Origin: an uncultured Thermoanaerobaculia bacterium
GTDB taxonomy: Bacteria; Acidobacteriota; Thermoanaerobaculia; Multivoradales; JAGPDF01
Direction of reading: 5' to 3'
Length of the DNA stretch: 64,000 nucleotides
Assembly: GCA_964471955.1 (NCBI GenBank)
Contig: CAYYIK010000007.1
Coordinates: 2,729-66,728, forward strand
Of the stretch, positions 56,515 to 64,000 are shown piece by piece. The position numbers and the translations under genes are program-made. Below the pieces are notes generated by a model, which had not been told where the DNA came from, did no database searches, and saw only the letters and a list, made by a program, of their open reading frames with translations. Positions within the stretch are counted from its first letter, which is position 1; the number at the start of each line of letters is the position of its first letter.

Positions 56515-59468
56515 GGCACGACGGCGCTCCAGCGCGAGGTATCGCCCGTCTCGAATCCGTCATTGAACAGCAGCGGCGAGGGCCGCACGTAGAGCTGATC
56601 GAAGTGCGCGGTAAACAGGGCGTCCGTGGTTGTCCTGGCCTCGATCGTCCAGCGAGCCGAGGCGGTGCCGGCGGGCGCCCGCTGCGGGTCGACCAGTTCG
56701 AGCCAGGCTCCGGCCGAGTCGAAGAACGGCTGGGCGACTTCGACCGAACCCGCCGTTCCCGTGCAGCCGGCGCCGGTGAAGTACTCGACGCGTCGCGCCA
56801 CGGTCACCGGCGTGCCGGCGCTGGCGGCGATCCGCACGCGGGTCACCAGCTCATAGTCGGCGGCGACCAGCGGCGTGCACTGGGCGACGGAGAATTCCGA
56901 CGGACCCTGCGGCGGGCCGAGCAGCGGATCGATCCGCAGCGCCCCCGAGACCGGCGCGTCGTCGAGGTCGACGGCCGGATCGTGGATCACGTCGCCGGTG
57001 CCCTCGGGCGTCGCCTGCCAGGCCCGCAGGTCGCAGTCGAAGTGGCCGTTGAGCAGGCGATTGCCCGCATCGATCCGGAATCCGAGCTCGTGCTCGTCGT
57101 CGCCCGAGGGGGTCGAATCGCCGTCGAGCGGGTTGCCCGCGACGTCCTCGAGCGTCGGGCAGACCAGCAGCCGGTAGGGGCGGTCGCCGAGCGCTTCGCC
57201 GAAGGTCACGGTCGCGACCGACGGAGAAGCCTGATAGACGACTGCGGTGGCGTCGATCGCCACGTCGTCGCCGGCCGGTGGCCCGCACAGCGCGGTCGAG
57301 AACGCGCCGTCGGGACCGGTCGCGAACAGCCGGTAGTTGTCCGGGTTGGTGACGTCCTCGGGGTCGGCGTCGCCGGCCGGATCGGCCATCTCCTCGCTGA
57401 ATTCGAGCGCGAGCGCGGTCGGCGTGGCGAGCACCGTGTCGCACTCCGCGATCTCGCCGTCGGGGCTCGCGGGGACCGAGTCGACGATCACGATCGTCGG
57501 TGCGGTGAGGTCGAGCGCCACCGTCTCGCAGTCGTCGTTGTCGCCCGGGACCGGGTCGGGCCCGTTCGAGCCGTCGTCGGCGATCGAAGCGCAGTTGTCG
57601 ATCTCGGTCGTGCCCGGCGGCAGCGGGTCGTCGAGCTCGACGGCGAAGACGGCGATGCCCGCGCCGCCACCGCCATCGAGAGATCCGATCGCCAGATCAC
57701 AGGCGGTGCCGGCGGGTGCACCGTCGGCGCACGACCAGCCGGCGGTCGAGGCCGCGGCGTCGAAGGTGGTGTCGACCGGCACCGTCTCGGACAGGACGAC
57801 GCCGACAGCCGTCTGGTTGCCGGCGTTCGAATAGGCGAGATCGAAGGCGATCGTGTCACCCGGGAACGGCACGCCGCCCGAATAGCTCTTGACAATCGCC
57901 AGGTCCGGCGCGGCTTCGATCGGCGTGGAGTCCTCGGCGCCGTTGTCGCCCGGGTTCGGGTCGGCACCGTTGGCGCCGTCGTCGGCCACGCTGGCGACGT
58001 TGACCACCTCGCTGACGCCGGCGGGCAGCGGCGTCTCGACTTCGACGGCGAACGTCGTCGAGCCGCTCCCCCCGCCCGCCACCGCACCTACCGCGTACGT
58101 GCAGGCGGTGCCCTCGGGCGAGCCGTCCGGGCACGACCAGCCGGGCGTCGAAGCCGCGGCGTCGAAGACCGTGAACGGCGGCACGAGCTCCGACAGTACG
58201 ACGCCGGTCGCCCCCTGGTTGCCGCCGTTCGACCAACCAAGCGCGTACGGGATCGTGGAACCAGGAGTCGACGTGATCCCGCCGTCACTCTTGGTCAGCG
58301 CGAGGTCCGGCTGGGCGTCGACAGGCGTGGTGTCCGAGGCCGAGTTGTCGCCGGGATTCGGATCGGCGCCGTTGACGCCGTCGTCGGCGATCGAGGCCGT
58401 GTTGGCGATCTCGGTGACGCCGGCGGGGACCGGATTCGCGACGGTAACCGCGAAGGTCGCCGAGCCCGAGGCGCCGCCGCCGACGAGCGAACCGACCGCG
58501 AGCGTGCAGACCGCGCCCGGATTGCCGTCGGGGACGCACAGCCAGCCGGCCGTCGACGCGCCCGGGGCGAAGACCGCGTTGGCCGGAACGGTCTCGCTGA
58601 GCGTCACGCCGGTCGCCTCCTGATTGCCGTCGTTGGCGTAGGAGAGGACGTAGGCGACGGTCGCGCCCGGGACCGCCGAGATTCCGCCGTCGCTCTTGGC
58701 CAGGGTCAGGTCGGGCGCGGCGTCGACCGGAGTGGTGTCGGTCGAGCTGTTGTCGGCCGGCGTCGGGTCGGCGCCGTTGGCACCGTCGTCGGCGATCGTC
58801 GCCGTGTTCGAGATCTCGTCGAGCCCCGCCGGCACCGGCGAGTCCACAGTGACCGCGAAGGTCGCCGAACCCGCAGCGCCGCCGCCGGCGAGCCCGCCGA
58901 CCGTCAAGTTGCAGACCGACCCCGGGTTGGCGTCCGGAACGCAGATCCAGCCCGCGGTCGAGGCGCCGGCGTCGAAGGTGGTGCTCGCGGGCACCACTTC
59001 GCTCAGCGTCACGCCGCTCGCCGCCTGGTCGCCGTCGTTGGCGTAGGCGAGCAGGTAGGCGACGGTTCCGCCCGGAACGACCGAAACGCCGCCGTCGCTC
59101 TTGGCCAGGCTGAGATCCGGCTGGGCAACGACCGGTGTGAGGGTCGGGTCCTGGGCGCCCGGCTCGCCGGGATCGTCCGTGAGCAGCGTGGCGGCGTTGG
59201 TCGCCTGGATGGTCGCCTGATTGGTCACCTCGACGACTCCGGCCGGCAGCGGCGTGTCGACGGTCACCAGGAACTCGATGGTGACCGCGCTGCCTGCCGG
59301 CAGGATGCCGATCGACGTGTCCTGCGCCCACGCGGTCGCGGCGGCGCCGAAGGCCGCGCCTGCGATCAGCCATCTGCGAAGCCACGCGTGCCGCGAAACC
59401 AACCGCTCGCTCCTTCCGTCGACGACGGGATGCGGACGCAGCATAGAGACTCCGCAGGCGCGATACAA
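56511..59468 (-). CDS. secreted DUF11 (conserved repeat domain) protein with C-terminal jelly-roll/CBM4_9-like domain and the shared C-terminal tail motif
   Basis: At least four tandem ~125-aa repeats each beginning PDL(S/T/A)L(A/T/V)KSDGG...; C-terminal domain LLNGHFDCDLRAW...; ends ...LLFNDGFETGDTSRWSAVVP. Confidence 0.8.
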   Translation of the reverse strand: MYRACGVSMLRPHPVVDGRSERLVSRHAWLRRWLIAGAAFGAAATAWAQDTSIGILPAGSAVTIEFLVTVDTPLPAGVVEVTNQATIQATNAATLLTDDPGEPGAQDPTLTPVVAQPDLSLAKSDGGVSVVPGGTVAYLLAYANDGDQAASGVTLSEVVPASTTFDAGASTAGWICVPDANPGSVCNLTVGGLAGGGAAGSATFAVTVDSPVPAGLDEISNTATIADDGANGADPTPADNSSTDTTPVDAAPDLTLAKSDGGISAVPGATVAYVLSYANDGNQEATGVTLSETVPANAVFAPGASTAGWLCVPDGNPGAVCTLAVGSLVGGGASGSATFAVTVANPVPAGVTEIANTASIADDGVNGADPNPGDNSASDTTPVDAQPDLALTKSDGGITSTPGSTIPYALGWSNGGNQGATGVVLSELVPPFTVFDAAASTPGWSCPDGSPEGTACTYAVGAVAGGGSGSTTFAVEVETPLPAGVSEVVNVASVADDGANGADPNPGDNGAEDSTPIEAAPDLAIVKSYSGGVPFPGDTIAFDLAYSNAGNQTAVGVVLSETVPVDTTFDAAASTAGWSCADGAPAGTACDLAIGSLDGGGGAGIAVFAVELDDPLPPGTTEIDNCASIADDGSNGPDPVPGDNDDCETVALDLTAPTIVIVDSVPASPDGEIAECDTVLATPTALALEFSEEMADPAGDADPEDVTNPDNYRLFATGPDGAFSTALCGPPAGDDVAIDATAVVYQASPSVATVTFGEALGDRPYRLLVCPTLEDVAGNPLDGDSTPSGDDEHELGFRIDAGNRLLNGHFDCDLRAWQATPEGTGDVIHDPAVDLDDAPVSGALRIDPLLGPPQGPSEFSVAQCTPLVAADYELVTRVRIAASAGTPVTVARRVEYFTGAGCTGTAGSVEVAQPFFDSAGAWLELVDPQRAPAGTASARWTIEARTTTDALFTAHFDQLYVRPSPLLFNDGFETGDTSRWSAVVP
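57520..59170. repeat. intragenic tandem repeats (~375-bp period) encoding the DUF11 repeat units
   Basis: Protein-level repeats AQPDLSLAKSDGG / AAPDLTLAKSDGG / AQPDLALTKSDGG / AAPDLAIVKSYSGG each followed by ...PG.T..Y.L...N.G.Q.A.GV.LSE.VP; boundaries approximate. Confidence 0.55.
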
Positions 59469-59572
59469 GCGTCACGCGACGGTTTCGTCGTGGCGCGCGC
59501 GGCTTGACGTGCGGAGAGCGACGCCGTACGGTTGCCGCCGCCGCTGGGCGCGGCAACGCTGTGGAAGGGAGC

Positions 59573-60208
59573 ATGATGCCTACCGGAAGAGTCCTCAGTC
59601 TCCTCGTCGCCGGGCTGCTCGCCGCCGGGCAGCTGCGCGCCGCCGAGCTGCTGCCCAACGGTCGATTCGACGACCCGGGAACGGGAACCGCCGGCTGGGT
59701 GGCAGTCGATCCGTTCTCGAACCTCGCCTGGGACGGTAGCCGCGACGCCGATGGTTGCGCCGGCTCCGGCTCCGCCGCCCTGACCAACAGCGCCACTACT
59801 TCCGATGCCGGGGCGCGCTTCGCCAGCTGCGCCGCCGCGGTCCCCGGCGCCACGGATTACGGCTTCGGCGCCTCGATCCTCTTCCCGATGCAGGAGCGCG
59901 AGGGCTCGGCCTCCGTCGCCGTCCACTGGATCGAGGGTACGGGGTGTGCCGGCGCCGTGCTCGGCACTTCGAACACCCCCCCCGCGCTGTCGTCGATCGA
60001 AGAGGTGTGGATCTCCCTCGCCGGCACGGCGACGGCGCCGGCGGCGACCGGCAGCGCGCTGATCGTGGTAACCCTGACCAAGAAGGTCGGCGGCTCCGAA
60101 CTCACGGCGCGGCTCGACGAGGTGGCGCTGCGGCCGCCCGGCGAGATCTTCGGCGAGGGCTTCGAGGTTGGCGCCGTCTGTCGCTGGACCGCCGCTGCGA
60201 CCGACTGA
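59573..60208 (+). CDS. small secreted protein: stand-alone copy of the jelly-roll/CBM4_9-like domain found at the C-terminus of the adjacent DUF11 protein, with a divergent tail motif
   Basis: ATG 59573 with RBS GGAAGGGAG; signal peptide MMPTGRVLSLLVAGLLAAGQLRAA; LLPNGRFDDPGTGTAGW, DYGFGASILF, WIEGTGCAG and ...ARLDEVALRP align with the C-terminal region of the 56511-59468 product; ends ...EIFGEGFEVGAVCRWTAAATD. Confidence 0.55.
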   Translation: MMPTGRVLSLLVAGLLAAGQLRAAELLPNGRFDDPGTGTAGWVAVDPFSNLAWDGSRDADGCAGSGSAALTNSATTSDAGARFASCAAAVPGATDYGFGASILFPMQEREGSASVAVHWIEGTGCAGAVLGTSNTPPALSSIEEVWISLAGTATAPAATGSALIVVTLTKKVGGSELTARLDEVALRPPGEIFGEGFEVGAVCRWTAAATD

Positions 60209-60259
60209 GCCCACACCGGGCTTCCCCCGACTCGACACCCCGCCGTGCGCCGCCCGGGG

Positions 60260-63109
60260 TCAGCGCGGCAGGCGGGCCAGCAGCGGATCGTGGTCGCTGG
60301 CGCGCTCGGCGTCGGGGCAGTCGGAGTCGAGGTGCACCGCTTCGATGCGTGCTCCGCGCGCCAGCGACGGCGACACGAGGAGATGATCGATCGCCGCCGA
60401 GCCCCCTTCGAAGGAGAAGGTGTAGCGCTCCTCGGGCGCCAGGCGCAGGACCAGGTTCTCGAGCGGCGGCCGGCCGATCTCGCGCATCGGTTCGCTGCCC
60501 GCGACATCGTTGAAGTCGCCGATGACGATCAGCCGCGCCGTCGGATCGGCGGCGAGACGCGACATCGCGAAAGCGCGTACCTCGCGCGCCTGGGCGAGGC
60601 GGCGCGCCGCGGTCGGCCGGCGTGGCGGCTGGACAGCGCCGAAGGCGCGGTCGTCCTCGTACTTCGAGGACCAGTGGTTGACCACGACGACGACCGGCCG
60701 CCAGCGACGGAAAAAGCGGCGCCCGGTCGGCACCTCGACCTCCACCACCAGAGAGCGACGCACCCCCTCACCGTCGGCCCCAGAAGGCGCGAATGCGGCC
60801 GATGCCGGCGCGAGCCGGGCCGGGTTGACCTCCAGCCGTCCGTCGGCGCCGAAGCGCGCCTCGGTCCTCGCATCGGGCTGGCCGCGCGGTGCGAAGCGGA
60901 CGCGCGCCGGATCGAGCAGCAGAGCGACCCGGATGTTGCCCCCCGGCTGCCCCCCCTCGCGGTCGGCTTCGGGGTCGATCTGCACGGCCCGATAGGTCGG
61001 CCCGCCGGCCCGCTCGATCGCCGCTACGAGCTTCGCCAGCGTCCCTTCGGCGGAGACGACAGCGTCGCCGCCGCGCGGACCGGAGTCGTCCTGAACCTCC
61101 TGCAGCGCCACCAGCTCGGGCGCTCCGAGGCCGCGCACGATCCGCGCCGCGAGGCGCTCGAAGCGGTCCTCGTCGTCGGCCGCCGAGAGGTTGTAGAGGT
61201 TGTACGACGCGATGGCGAAGCGCCCCGGCTCGTTCTCCGAGCGCGCCGGGCGCGAGCAGGGGGCGCCCGACGGGAGAATCTCCGGCGGCGCGAGCGGCTG
61301 CAGGCGGTAGTTGGAGAAGGCGTAGTCGACGATTCCGGTAAGCGGTCCGGCCACCCGGTCGCCCACCGCGGCGCGCGGCATGCCGCCCGCCAGGCGTCCG
61401 GAGACGAAGACGCGCGCCAGCGGGCCGCCGCCATCGCGCAGCGCCAGGGCCCCCCCGGCCGCCGACGCACCACTCGACGGCACCCCTTCGGGCAGGACGA
61501 CGATCTCGCCGAACGAGCGGGTGGCGCCGGCCACCACGCTCTCGGGCAGCGTGGCGCGCATCCCCTCGAGGCTCTCCCAGAAATCGATCGCGTCTTCGCC
61601 CGGCTGAAAGAGCGCCAGCGCGTCGTCGTCGACCTGCGGCGGGATCTCGAGCTCATACCAGAGCAGCGGCGGCTCGGGCAGCGCCGCGCCCGCCGGCACG
61701 AATTCGAACGCCGCCAGCTCGAGCGTCGTCACGCTCAGCTGGTCGCGCCCGGGGACCCGCTCGAGGAGCCGGCCGCCGACCCGCACTGTCGCGCCGACCG
61801 CGACGCCGTCCAGCCGCGCGGCCGCGACGAAGAGCCCCTCGGAGGTCCGCGGGTCGCCGTCCGGCCGCGTCGACTCGATCCAGAAGCCGCGATCGCGCGG
61901 GCGATCGACCCGCGCGGTCACCGTCCCCTCGATTCCCGTCACCCAGCGTCCGGCCAGCGGCGAATGGTGACCGGCGCCCTGCAGGTCGGCGATCGTCAAC
62001 GGCGAGAAGTCGACCGCGAAGGCGAGGACCTGGGTCACCTGCTCGGCGGGCGAGAAGTTGTCGTCCGACACGACGACCAGCGAGCTGCGGCCGTCCGGCA
62101 GCCGAGGTCCGAAAGCGATCCCTTCGAGGTTGTCCAACCGCAGGCCGAGGCCGGCGAAGTCGAGCAGCAGGAGTTTGCCGGCGGCGCGCGGCGGCGGCTC
62201 GGGCAGGCGGTCGAAGTCGGCCACCGGCGCGGCGCCGGCGAGGTCGACGAGGAAGAGCCTCGCTTCGACCCCCACCCCTTCGACGTACTGCCGCTCGAGC
62301 GCCAGCAGACGGCTGGGCGAGAGCGCCAGCAGATCGACCAGGCCGTTGACCCGGAAGGCCCCCTCGCCCGGCGGCGTGCCGCGGATCGGCTCGACCGCGA
62401 GGACGAACTCTTCCGGCGGCGCCTCCGGTGCGGTGAGGTTCCAGCGCAGCAGGCGCGCCGAGGCGGCGACCCCGAAGTCGGCCTCCGGTCCGTCCTGGGC
62501 CAGCGCCGACTCGGTGGCCCCGAACAGGAATCGGCCGTCGGGCGAGCGCGCCAGACTCTCGAAACCGAGGTTCTCGCGCACGCCGCGACTCCCCCGGTCG
62601 TCGGGCAGGAAGCGGTCGCGCAGGGGCAGATCGCGACGCCAGCGACCGCCGCGATCGAACTCGGCGACGAACGGCGCCAGGCCGACCTTGGCCTCCCCCT
62701 CCGAGCCGACGAAGAGGGCGTCCGGCGCGAGGGCGAAGCCCTCCGGATCGAGGCTTCGGGGGGGGAACGGCCGGCCCAGCCGGTCGGCGAGGGGGATCTG
62801 GCCGACGACCGACACCCCATCCGGAGGGAGCCGGCCGGAGGTCAGGTCGACGCGCAGCCGCATCACCCGCGCCGGACCGTGGACGCTGCGGTCGTCGCTC
62901 ATCGCCAGGAACTCGCCGCTCGCCGGATCGAACGAGAGCGAGGAGAGACCGCCCACCGGAACCCCGTCGAACGTCGTGCCGCGCGGCAGCTCCGCGGCGC
63001 CGATCCACTCGAACGAAGTCGGGACGGCGATTTCGGCGGCGGCGGCTGCGGCGGCGAAGAGAGAGAGGATCGCCGCGAGGGCGAAGCGCGGCGGCGGGCG
63101 ATCGGGCAT
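60260..63109 (-). CDS. secreted two-module protein: N-terminal phytase-like esterase domain and C-terminal endonuclease/exonuclease/phosphatase (EEP) domain (ExeM/NucH-like extracellular nuclease)
   Basis: Signal peptide MPDRPPPRFALAAILSLFAAAAAAA; EEP motifs (FAIASYNLYNL, LVALQEVQDD, VNHWSSK, IGDFND, SDHDPLLARL). Confidence 0.75.
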   Translation of the reverse strand: MPDRPPPRFALAAILSLFAAAAAAAEIAVPTSFEWIGAAELPRGTTFDGVPVGGLSSLSFDPASGEFLAMSDDRSVHGPARVMRLRVDLTSGRLPPDGVSVVGQIPLADRLGRPFPPRSLDPEGFALAPDALFVGSEGEAKVGLAPFVAEFDRGGRWRRDLPLRDRFLPDDRGSRGVRENLGFESLARSPDGRFLFGATESALAQDGPEADFGVAASARLLRWNLTAPEAPPEEFVLAVEPIRGTPPGEGAFRVNGLVDLLALSPSRLLALERQYVEGVGVEARLFLVDLAGAAPVADFDRLPEPPPRAAGKLLLLDFAGLGLRLDNLEGIAFGPRLPDGRSSLVVVSDDNFSPAEQVTQVLAFAVDFSPLTIADLQGAGHHSPLAGRWVTGIEGTVTARVDRPRDRGFWIESTRPDGDPRTSEGLFVAAARLDGVAVGATVRVGGRLLERVPGRDQLSVTTLELAAFEFVPAGAALPEPPLLWYELEIPPQVDDDALALFQPGEDAIDFWESLEGMRATLPESVVAGATRSFGEIVVLPEGVPSSGASAAGGALALRDGGGPLARVFVSGRLAGGMPRAAVGDRVAGPLTGIVDYAFSNYRLQPLAPPEILPSGAPCSRPARSENEPGRFAIASYNLYNLSAADDEDRFERLAARIVRGLGAPELVALQEVQDDSGPRGGDAVVSAEGTLAKLVAAIERAGGPTYRAVQIDPEADREGGQPGGNIRVALLLDPARVRFAPRGQPDARTEARFGADGRLEVNPARLAPASAAFAPSGADGEGVRRSLVVEVEVPTGRRFFRRWRPVVVVVNHWSSKYEDDRAFGAVQPPRRPTAARRLAQAREVRAFAMSRLAADPTARLIVIGDFNDVAGSEPMREIGRPPLENLVLRLAPEERYTFSFEGGSAAIDHLLVSPSLARGARIEAVHLDSDCPDAERASDHDPLLARLPR

Positions 63110-63193
63110 CGGGCTCGGGCTCCTGGGCGGTGACGGGCGAGTTTATCCGAGGGCCGGGCAACCCGCCCCCCCGCTCGCCCGTAAAATGTCGCA

Positions 63194-64000
63194 GTGAGTC
63201 ACTCGAAGCGCCGCCGCAGCGCCCGCCGCCCCGACCTGCTCCGGCGCTCGAAAGAGGCGCTGTCGCGCTACGCCGAGGGGTTCGATCCGTCGACGCTCGG
63301 GCGCTACGTCGAGCGCGACGCGCCGCGCGTCTACTCGGTGCTGCTGCGCGAGCGCGCCGGCGAGGCCGAGGGGCGCAAGGGCGCCGACCGGTTCTTCCTC
63401 GTCGTCCGCCTCCTCTTCCAGTCGATCTCCGAGAAGCTCTCACCGCCGCGGCGGCTGATCTTCCTGCTCTCCCTCGCGGCCGCGGCGCTGGCGATGATCG
63501 ACATCCGCTTCACCTGGAACGAAGCGAACTTCGAGTTCTCGCCCGGGTCGACCCTCTACGTGGTCGCGATCGCCGGCCTGCTCTACCTGCTGGCCGGCGA
63601 GCTGGTCGAACGCGTGCTGGTGCGCGACGAGCTGCAGGTGGCGCGACAGATTCAGCAGGAGCTGCTGCCGCGCACGCCGCCGATCCTCACCGGCTGGGCG
63701 GTGGCCCACTCCTGGCGCACCGCGGCGGAGATCGGTGGCGACTATCATCACTTCCAGACCCTGCCCGATGGCCGCCTGGCGATCGTCGTCGCCGACGCCT
63801 CCGGCCACGGCATGGCGGCCGGCCTGCTGATGGCGATCGCCGACACGACGCTGCGCATCGGCCTCGAGCAGGATCCGACGCCGGCGACGGTCGCCGATCT
63901 GCTCCACCGCGCCCTGCACCGGGCCGGCAACCGGCGCAGCTTCCTCACCCTCTTCTACGGCCGGCTCGACCCGGCCAGCGGGGAGCTCGACTACGTCTGC
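63194..64000 (+). CDS. PP2C-type (SpoIIE/RsbU-like) serine phosphatase, 3'-truncated by the window end
   Basis: GTG 63194; N-terminal TM segments then QIQQELLP...GGDYHHF...VVADASGHGMAAGLLMA phosphatase motifs; no stop before position 64000. Confidence 0.7.
   Translation, partial: MSHSKRRRSARRPDLLRRSKEALSRYAEGFDPSTLGRYVERDAPRVYSVLLRERAGEAEGRKGADRFFLVVRLLFQSISEKLSPPRRLIFLLSLAAAALAMIDIRFTWNEANFEFSPGSTLYVVAIAGLLYLLAGELVERVLVRDELQVARQIQQELLPRTPPILTGWAVAHSWRTAAEIGGDYHHFQTLPDGRLAIVVADASGHGMAAGLLMAIADTTLRIGLEQDPTPATVADLLHRALHRAGNRRSFLTLFYGRLDPASGELDYVC

Noticed and set aside
57520-59170. Regularly spaced repeats considered as a possible CRISPR array.
   Set aside because: The period is ~375 bp. The repeats are in-frame coding units of a DUF11 protein. 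There are no short 25-40-bp repeats with unique spacers and no cas genes.
1-64000. tRNA, rRNA, riboswitch and selenocysteine/recoding signals.
   Set aside because: No cloverleaf-compatible segments or rRNA-like conserved stretches were recognised in any intergenic region. All gaps longer than 100 bp are accounted for by promoters, the MITE-like element or the cox spacers. Without covariance-model search this cannot be fully excluded.

Overview
High-GC (roughly 70% G+C) bacterial chromosomal segment, gene-dense on both strands. I found no rRNA, tRNA or CRISPR array. All calls are from reading the sequence and the six-frame track (motifs, signal peptides, start-codon context); nothing was searched against a database.

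Main content, in order:
- a TetR-linked three-subunit molybdenum hydroxylase (CoxS/L/M-like, form-II-type YRGAG motif)
- an island of secreted peptidases (M16, M1, S9, S8) with FG-GAP and DUF11 surface proteins
- ETF-ubiquinone oxidoreductase
- a translationally coupled ECF sigma factor / Ser-Thr kinase pair
- a PLD-like enzyme
- the conserved yceD-rpmF-plsX-fabD-fabG-acpP-fabF cluster (no fabH)
- an exopolysaccharide locus: five GT4 glycosyltransferases, a WbaP-type priming transferase and a sulfatase-like enzyme
- CstA, NhaC, an S1-domain protein
- a long minus-strand operon: DUF11-repeat protein, a 1713-aa beta-helix/cadherin-like giant secreted protein, three tandem phage-tail-collar-domain paralogs, a SAM methyltransferase, a Tat-signal protein and a GNAT
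- an ExeM-like extracellular nuclease and a partial PP2C phosphatase.

Most unusual observations:
(1) At least five unrelated secreted proteins end in the same short acidic extreme C-terminal tail (F-x-D-G-F-E-x-G-D-x-x-x-W-S plus 3-5 residues). This is a candidate undescribed sorting or secretion tag.
(2) A 349-bp MITE-like intergenic element with perfect 16-bp terminal inverted repeats.
(3) A 36-bp AT-rich motif repeated almost exactly at two intergenic sites 3.2 kb apart.
(4) The tail-collar triplet embedded in an operon with giant adhesin-like proteins and modification enzymes, with no other phage genes.
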